From: a virus
Taxonomy: Duplodnaviria; Caudoviricetes
Virus record (IMG/VR): IMGVR_UViG_2924263452_000001
Span: 32,001 to 96,000 of that record
Direction: 5' to 3' (one strand)
DNA length: 64,000 nucleotides
In this document: positions 58,091 through 64,000 of the stretch, in pieces
Layout of the letters: the number at the start of each line of letters is the position of its first letter
Numbering within the stretch: the stretch's first letter is position 1
The notes under the pieces: generated by a model
What the model saw: only the letters and a program-made list of their open reading frames with translations
The model's database searches: none
Told to the model about the DNA's origin: nothing
Program-made: the position numbers and the translations under genes

Positions 58091-59370
58091 TAGATATTTT
58101 CCTTTACAAAATCCATAATATCTTTTTCCTTATATGTCACACTTACATTTTCATCCGTAAGTCCAAATTCTTCTTTTCTAGCAAAATATGAAGGACGTAA
58201 AAACAGCTTTTTCTTCTCTTCTTTTATCCCCTCATTGTTTTTAATAATAGCAGAATCAATAAATGTGTTTAAAGCATCAATCGAATCTTTGGCTGGAATA
58301 CGAAAATCCACATCATATGCATCTCTTCTTTGACCAAATGTAACATACATTAATATAGGTTCTGATTCTGAAAAGTATGAATTTCGTCCTCCTGTTGGAT
58401 GTGACCAATAGATAGCTTCCATGTAAATGCCGATAATTAAACGTGCTATTTCTCTCGCTTCTTCTCTTGTTTCTATTCCATTGTATCTCATTTCATTTTC
58501 GATCATCTGATTTATGTCAATACAGTATTCTTCCAGTAAAAGTGGTGAACTAATATCTATATCAAATAAGTTTGCTGCACCAGGATTCTTATACGGATCG
58601 TATTTGTTTCCAAAAACAGTTTCTCTTCTTGACTGATAACTAGAATTGTATGCCTCTTCAATTACACTAAAAGCACAAGCAACGGAAACAGAGCTATTAA
58701 TTGTTTTAATGAAGCATGTGCTCATTCTTCCAAGTAAACAAAGTAAATGTCCGCAGCTATGTAATTTCCCAATTCTTAAAATAACTTCGTTTTTAAATTT
58801 AGTCTGAAGCTCTTTATCCGAAAAATCATCTACCGTTTTGAAAAATTCAATAAATGTATCTGCAATACATTTAATCTCATTTACAGAATATTTATTACTT
58901 TCTTTTGTTGTAATTGAAATACTTTCACTGCTTGATTTTTTTGGTTTCTTGTTACATTTACTATCACTCTTATCATTTCCATCTTTAAAAATATTTTTCA
59001 AAATCAATAAAATTCTATCTTCCTCATCATCACTTAACTCTACACCAGTTTCCTTTTTGAAATAACCTCTAAGATATTCGGCTAAAATAAGTTCACCAAT
59101 TCTTCTTGTATCTCTTCCAATATCTAATCCCTTATATAGCTGCTTAATATATTCTTTCTGTCCATTCTTGATCGCCGCACTACTGCAAAACGTTCTGTCA
59201 ACTCCATTGTAAGTAATAGTTTTAATATTACCAACGCCATCGCAATTTAAACGGGCAGCTTTGTATGATCTTAATACATGTACATTGATAATATTATTTT
59301 CATTGTCATTCATTCTTCTTTCAATAATTTCTTTAATGCATTCAATTTCTGTCATTTTTCTTTCCTCCAC
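58090..59370 (-). CDS. cas7e: Cas7e (Cse4)
   Basis: HVLRSY...LNCDGVGNIKT..YNGVDR..SS..IK; LLGRM; PTGGRNS. Confidence 0.85.
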   Translation of the reverse strand: MEERKMTEIECIKEIIERRMNDNENNIINVHVLRSYKAARLNCDGVGNIKTITYNGVDRTFCSSAAIKNGQKEYIKQLYKGLDIGRDTRRIGELILAEYLRGYFKKETGVELSDDEEDRILLILKNIFKDGNDKSDSKCNKKPKKSSSESISITTKESNKYSVNEIKCIADTFIEFFKTVDDFSDKELQTKFKNEVILRIGKLHSCGHLLCLLGRMSTCFIKTINSSVSVACAFSVIEEAYNSSYQSRRETVFGNKYDPYKNPGAANLFDIDISSPLLLEEYCIDINQMIENEMRYNGIETREEAREIARLIIGIYMEAIYWSHPTGGRNSYFSESEPILMYVTFGQRRDAYDVDFRIPAKDSIDALNTFIDSAIIKNNEGIKEEKKKLFLRPSYFARKEEFGLTDENVSVTYKEKDIMDFVKENI

Positions 59371-61489
59371 TTGATAAATATTTTATTAATTTTTTCCCTG
59401 AATATTCCCAATTGCAAGCAAGCATATATAAATCATACATGTCACAACCATTTTCTTTTGATAATGATTTTATTAACCTCTGACATATCCTCTTTGCTGT
59501 ATGATTAAATTCCTTCTGTGTTACAAATGTTTCTATATTGCTTTTTGCTGATCCTGAAATTTCTGATGAATAGTAGTTTCTTTTTAATATATCACCTATT
59601 TTACTTGCCCCTGCTCCAATTGGATCTCTCATATTTAAAGCTAAAGAAACTACAAAAAGCAAATTTCCATCAAACTTCTTGATTTCAGGAAAACTTGTAT
59701 AATACGCAAGCAACTGTTCTCCACTAAGCTCATCTTCCGAATCTACATTTATTGCTTTTTTCAAATCTCTTCTTCTTTTAGAATTTTCTCTTTTAGTAAG
59801 AAGATTAAGTCCTTTATAAAACTCTTCTCTGCTTAACATATACACTCCCCGCACATTGTAAACCGTATTATCCGGAATATCATTTGCACCATATTCTTTA
59901 TATAAATATGCGAAAAATTTATTCTTTCTTCGTTCACATTCGATTCCTATAAACCTATCGCCATACTTTTTAAATATTTTTATGGCTTCGGTTGTTACCC
60001 ATTTAATCGCATTGTCTTTGTCGCCACTATTTATAATATCCATTAAGTTCTTATTTATAAAAAGTGCAGTTTCACATTGATACATGAAATTGTTTAATGC
60101 TGACTCTGCGATAACTGATCCTTTTGCTTTTCGGTTCTCTCCAAAACGTCTAATAGTGTCTATATCTTTAATTGCTTTGTAAATCTCTTTTGCAATCGCT
60201 GCTATGTCATCACAAACTAATCGCAATAGTTTTACATTTACATTTTTATTTATTTGATACTCCAAGTTAATCATTTCTCTAACCTGACTGGTGTTTATTA
60301 TATCAAACCCAACCAACTTAATAGAAAAATCGTCTGGGAGAAATTCGATATTATCTCTAGCACTATTTAATCCGCTTATACCCATACCAGAAGCGATAGA
60401 GTTTCCTGATGACGGTATAAGAGCGTACATTTTCAAAAATGGCTTGTTATCTATTCCAGATCCTTCTAAGTCAATACAATTGCAAGCTTTCAGTTGCTTC
60501 CCATTCACTTTATAAACATTTGGATCGCGAACCTTCCATATTTTTGAGATCTTTTCTCTTTGTCCCGCATTTATTGATGGTTTTTTAAAATAAATGCTTC
60601 TTATAACCCCATTTTCATAGTCAACATTTCCGTATCTTATAAAATTATACGGTGTCATATAACAATTCATAAATTTTATTTCGTGCAAGCCATTCTTATC
60701 ATTTTTGTCGCGGTCAATTTCTGAATATATTTTCAGCATATCCGAATACTGTTTTCTTCTATAAAATGGTACTCCTGAATAGTCAATATCCTTCGACGAA
60801 ATATTTAGAAGTAATGTTTCAAAAACATTATTCGCTTTTATAATGCCAATCATAACAGTATTACCTAATAATGTAGAAGCCCATCCAAGTCCATTCGCTC
60901 CAGAATAAAACATTCTGAGACACAATATATACAAATATTCTTGGAATGTCACACTTGCAAATTTTATATAACTGTTTTCCTTTGAATACACAAAGCCGTT
61001 TCGTGTGGTATCTTCCTTGTAATAATTTTCATATGCTTCTACATCCATATACCCGTAAAACATATCATTTGTTTCTTTTTTACAGGTTGGAACAATAAAA
61101 CCAATTGGTCTTTCTTTTGCTTCAATTTCTCCGGCTGCATACTGTGCGAATGCTTTTTTCTCACCAAGCAGCTCAAATGACGTTCCTTCTTTTCTGCAGT
61201 TGTCAAAATATTCTCTAATAATATCCATATCAAATCTGCCTTTTTTAAGAAGATCATATATATCACTTTTTCTTTCAGTTGATCGCGGTTTATAGATGTC
61301 ACACAAGAACAAATCTAACAATCGAATAATTCCAACTGCAGTCATATCAACTCCCAGAACTGGCAATATTTCTTTGTATTCATGAGCATTTTCAAAAAGT
61401 TCAAGAACAGATACATTTATATCATTTCCACTCTTATCTTTAACTCTGATGCATTTACTTTCTAAAATATCGTATGTTGTATTCATCAA
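59342..61489 (-). CDS. cas8e: Cas8e-Cas11 (Cse1-Cse2) fusion with an internal start at 59839
   Basis: N-terminus YDILESKCIRV..G..VSVLELFENAHEY..I...RLL is Cse1-like; the last 165 aa are helical and Cse2-like, preceded by GGGGAG-5nt-ATG. Confidence 0.75.
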   Translation of the reverse strand: MMNTTYDILESKCIRVKDKSGNDINVSVLELFENAHEYKEILPVLGVDMTAVGIIRLLDLFLCDIYKPRSTERKSDIYDLLKKGRFDMDIIREYFDNCRKEGTSFELLGEKKAFAQYAAGEIEAKERPIGFIVPTCKKETNDMFYGYMDVEAYENYYKEDTTRNGFVYSKENSYIKFASVTFQEYLYILCLRMFYSGANGLGWASTLLGNTVMIGIIKANNVFETLLLNISSKDIDYSGVPFYRRKQYSDMLKIYSEIDRDKNDKNGLHEIKFMNCYMTPYNFIRYGNVDYENGVIRSIYFKKPSINAGQREKISKIWKVRDPNVYKVNGKQLKACNCIDLEGSGIDNKPFLKMYALIPSSGNSIASGMGISGLNSARDNIEFLPDDFSIKLVGFDIINTSQVREMINLEYQINKNVNVKLLRLVCDDIAAIAKEIYKAIKDIDTIRRFGENRKAKGSVIAESALNNFMYQCETALFINKNLMDIINSGDKDNAIKWVTTEAIKIFKKYGDRFIGIECERRKNKFFAYLYKEYGANDIPDNTVYNVRGVYMLSREEFYKGLNLLTKRENSKRRRDLKKAINVDSEDELSGEQLLAYYTSFPEIKKFDGNLLFVVSLALNMRDPIGAGASKIGDILKRNYYSSEISGSAKSNIETFVTQKEFNHTAKRICQRLIKSLSKENGCDMYDLYMLACNWEYSGKKLIKYLSSGGKKNDRN

Positions 61490-61507
61490 TTTCCTTTCTA
61501 TTATATT

Positions 61508-61927
61508 TTATATTTTCCCTATAGTTAAAATTCCTTCGTCTAACAACTGATTTATATATTGCAAAAGTGTTTCCTGAGTTTCCAAATCTTTTTCTGTTTC
61601 AATTTCTTGATAATCGAAAAACTTTTTAAAATTGTTTTTACCCATACCGCCCCAACAAGTACAATAACAATGAACTTCGTGGCGATAATACGGCTTATCA
61701 TAAATTCCAATCCATACAGAATTGTCAGTACAATACTTTCTATCTGCATCTGTTCCAATGCTTTTTGAAATACACCAGGCATTTATCACATCATTTCGCC
61801 AGAACAACGGCTCTTTGATTTTAGAGCAATCATTTACAATCAGTTTATTTATGTCTGAAGGTTTCAAGTTATATTTATTCTCGACTTTTGGTTTTCTCAT
61901 ATTGCAGCCTCCTAGAATGATAACCAC
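61508..61927 (-). CDS. Hypothetical protein (start probably MRKPKV)
   Basis: AGGAGG RBS before the internal ATG. Confidence 0.55.
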   Translation of the reverse strand: MVIILGGCNMRKPKVENKYNLKPSDINKLIVNDCSKIKEPLFWRNDVINAWCISKSIGTDADRKYCTDNSVWIGIYDKPYYRHEVHCYCTCWGGMGKNNFKKFFDYQEIETEKDLETQETLLQYINQLLDEGILTIGKI

Positions 61928-62190
61928 GAATCTTCATCGTTTGGATCAATATAAGAACTAGATAACATATGTATTTCACCACAACATTTACACACCACTT
62001 CATGTCTTTCCCTGTCATTGATAATATCACAATATTTTACATTCATAGGTAAGTGGCAATAATACCCAACTGCATTCTTAGTGTGACCACAAGGGGCTTT
62101 AGGTCTTTTCCCAAACAGTTTGAATAATAACCATTGGAATTTTGCATATCTGCGTTCATCCAATTGAATTTTCCAAAGTAAAAATCTCAT
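61912..62190 (-). CDS. Hypothetical Zn-binding protein
   Basis: Cys/His motifs. Confidence 0.45.
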   Translation of the reverse strand: MRFLLWKIQLDERRYAKFQWLLFKLFGKRPKAPCGHTKNAVGYYCHLPMNVKYCDIINDRERHEVVCKCCGEIHMLSSSYIDPNDEDSWLSF

Positions 62191-62223
62191 TCATATCATC
62201 CTTTTTTGCTATGTATTTTTAGG

Positions 62224-62655
62224 TCACGACATCCAAGCAGAGACAACTTTCAAATCTTCTTTCTTTACAAGATCTTCCGAAATAACTAAATCATTTTCAT
62301 TCATTTCGTATATTTCCTTGCATTGTTTCTCAATTCTGTCTCTATCCCTAGGTGTAAATAACCCGCCGCGTCTTATTTTTATCTCGTTACATTTGGCTTC
62401 TATTGCATCTTCAATAGGGACACCATTCATACGCATTTCGATAATACCATTACTGCCACAAGGCAAATAGAAATGTTTCTGGCACTTTGTACAAGACTCT
62501 TTATAATACGTGTAATTTTCGTGTCCTTTAATCTGAAAAGCACATCCAGAACTAATCCATCTTTCACTACGTTTCTTACAAAGCGGGCAAAATAATATGT
62601 TATTAATTGGAAACATCCTGTTCTTTCCTCCTTGTACCATAATCAAAAGCTCCAA
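62224..62655 (-). CDS. Hypothetical Zn-ribbon protein (start probably MFPIN)
   Basis: Two CxxC motifs, AGGAGG RBS. Confidence 0.5.
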   Translation of the reverse strand: MELLIMVQGGKNRMFPINNILFCPLCKKRSERWISSGCAFQIKGHENYTYYKESCTKCQKHFYLPCGSNGIIEMRMNGVPIEDAIEAKCNEIKIRRGGLFTPRDRDRIEKQCKEIYEMNENDLVISEDLVKKEDLKVVSAWMS

Positions 62656-63376
62656 TATCTTCTGTGTCTACACATTTTACAAAGTCCTCTATACAAGCAT
62701 CCATATCTTCGAAATACATACTGGTCAACGAATGCGTGAATATTCCAGGAGCACGTTCTTCTATGGTTTCACAATCTTCTTTAGCATATCCCCCACCAAC
62801 CAAAACAAAAACTGTTTTATAGTCTTTCTTATGTTCATCCCAGAATTTCTTTATTGCTTCGAGAAGTTTTACTCTTTCAAGAATTTTACTGTTTTCAATA
62901 ACATCTTCTATAACGCCTTTCTCTGGTGTAACTTCAGAACATGCTCCATATTTTTTATATCTTGCAGCATACTCTTCGCTAATTGGCGCATATAAGCCTT
63001 CTGGGATTTTTTCATTGTATGCGATTTTTAAGTTAGTTCTTAATCCCGGCAAATCATTTCCTTCAAGCAAAATATCATAACCATGTTCCTGATCCACTTT
63101 TATCCTTGCTAATTGGTTGTAAGGAACGATAGTATCTGGATCAATTGCAACTCTTTTGAGTCCCAAATATGCTGACTCAACACCACAACCATACGATCTA
63201 TAATCATTATACTCTATGTAATATTTCCAAGTATTTTTTGGACAATATGCTGCCTTTGCTACCACAACATAACCAACAGCAATCTCATTTGTGCCGATTA
63301 TTCGCGCCATATATGTAAATGGTTCTTGTGCATTTGTGGAATCAAAATTATAATGTGGAGTTCCTACTCGCATCAT
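62603..63376 (-). CDS. Hypothetical protein
   Basis: 257 aa ORF in operon context. Confidence 0.55.
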   Translation of the reverse strand: MMRVGTPHYNFDSTNAQEPFTYMARIIGTNEIAVGYVVVAKAAYCPKNTWKYYIEYNDYRSYGCGVESAYLGLKRVAIDPDTIVPYNQLARIKVDQEHGYDILLEGNDLPGLRTNLKIAYNEKIPEGLYAPISEEYAARYKKYGACSEVTPEKGVIEDVIENSKILERVKLLEAIKKFWDEHKKDYKTVFVLVGGGYAKEDCETIEERAPGIFTHSLTSMYFEDMDACIEDFVKCVDTEDIGAFDYGTRRKEQDVSN

Positions 63377-63801
63377 TTTATTTCTTTCTCCTGTACATAT
63401 TTCGCAAAATCAACAAGCTGCTTTCTTTTACTTTCAGCATCACTGTCATTCGTATAAACATATCCAAGTGTTATTTCAATTGTCTTACATACTCCAATGA
63501 TGCATCTTAAATTTTCGTCTTTCCCTGAATATTCATATTTTATTCCGGACGCAGCAAGGTCAACAACTGAAAGCACCCAGTCTATAACTGTTGTATCTTT
63601 TCCTGCCAGCTTATCAAAAAATCGCTTGTACTTTATAAACACGTATTTACAGGCATATCCAAGTGACTTGAATATTGCGTCACATATTCCAATGATTTCC
63701 ATAAAAGCTTTATCCTTGTCACTTGAAGTTCCTGATCCGCATGATGATCTTGCAATTTCCAATATGCTATCAGCCCAGTCAATTACAATATTCCCACTCA
63801 T
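63373..63801 (-). CDS. Hypothetical protein with an internal duplication
   Basis: VIDW...IIGIC..I...LGY occurs twice. Confidence 0.55.
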   Translation of the reverse strand: MSGNIVIDWADSILEIARSSCGSGTSSDKDKAFMEIIGICDAIFKSLGYACKYVFIKYKRFFDKLAGKDTTVIDWVLSVVDLAASGIKYEYSGKDENLRCIIGVCKTIEITLGYVYTNDSDAESKRKQLVDFAKYVQEKEIK

Positions 63802-64000
63802 GTTATACCTTTCTTACCTGAATAAACTTGCCTGTTTTTCAAGCATATGTGCGAAAATTCCGCCTATGGCTTTATTTACTGCACTGTAAATATCTCTCTG
63901 TGTTGCCTCTTTATTGGCTTTACACGCTTTACTACAATATTTTAATCTCCGGCAGAGTTTACAATTTCCATCGGAAAGCCAGCGTTCATTGTCAATTGAT

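Noticed and set aside
634-63889. Numerous plus-strand ORFs in the six-frame track
   Set aside because: They are antisense shadows of well-supported minus-strand genes and have no recognisable motifs.

Overview
This is a low-GC, densely packed, almost entirely minus-strand segment of a large temperate phage or prophage of a Firmicute (Clostridia-like) host, with SPbeta-like features. It carries its own replisome (DnaE, DnaB, primase, SSB, Sak, LigA), a YopQ/YopR-like repressor pair, PARP, macro and NADAR ADP-ribosylation genes, tRNA-repair enzymes and a TerD/PspA/P-type ATPase cassette. Three systems stand out. (1) A phase-variable DNA-modification block at 7.8-16.9 kb. Three genes lack a start codon; their RBS and start lie on the opposite strand inside short segments flanked by ATRAAA-N6-TTTYAT-type sites with pair-specific 6-bp cores, and inversion restores all three frames. 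Five out-of-frame poly-G tracts also switch methyltransferase modules. (2) An operon of tRNA-shaped RNAs whose anticodon arms carry a repeated helix+ACAGCAA motif, upstream of a DUF2828/TROVE-like vWA protein, an RNA ligase and Thg1, resembling a Ro60/Y RNA repair system. (3) A Cas1-less type I-E CRISPR-Cas locus with a Cas2e-Cas3 fusion, a Cas8e-Cas11 fusion that has an internal RBS, and a leaderless 21-repeat array between cas6 and cas2-3. All family calls come from motif recognition by eye; no database searches were run.
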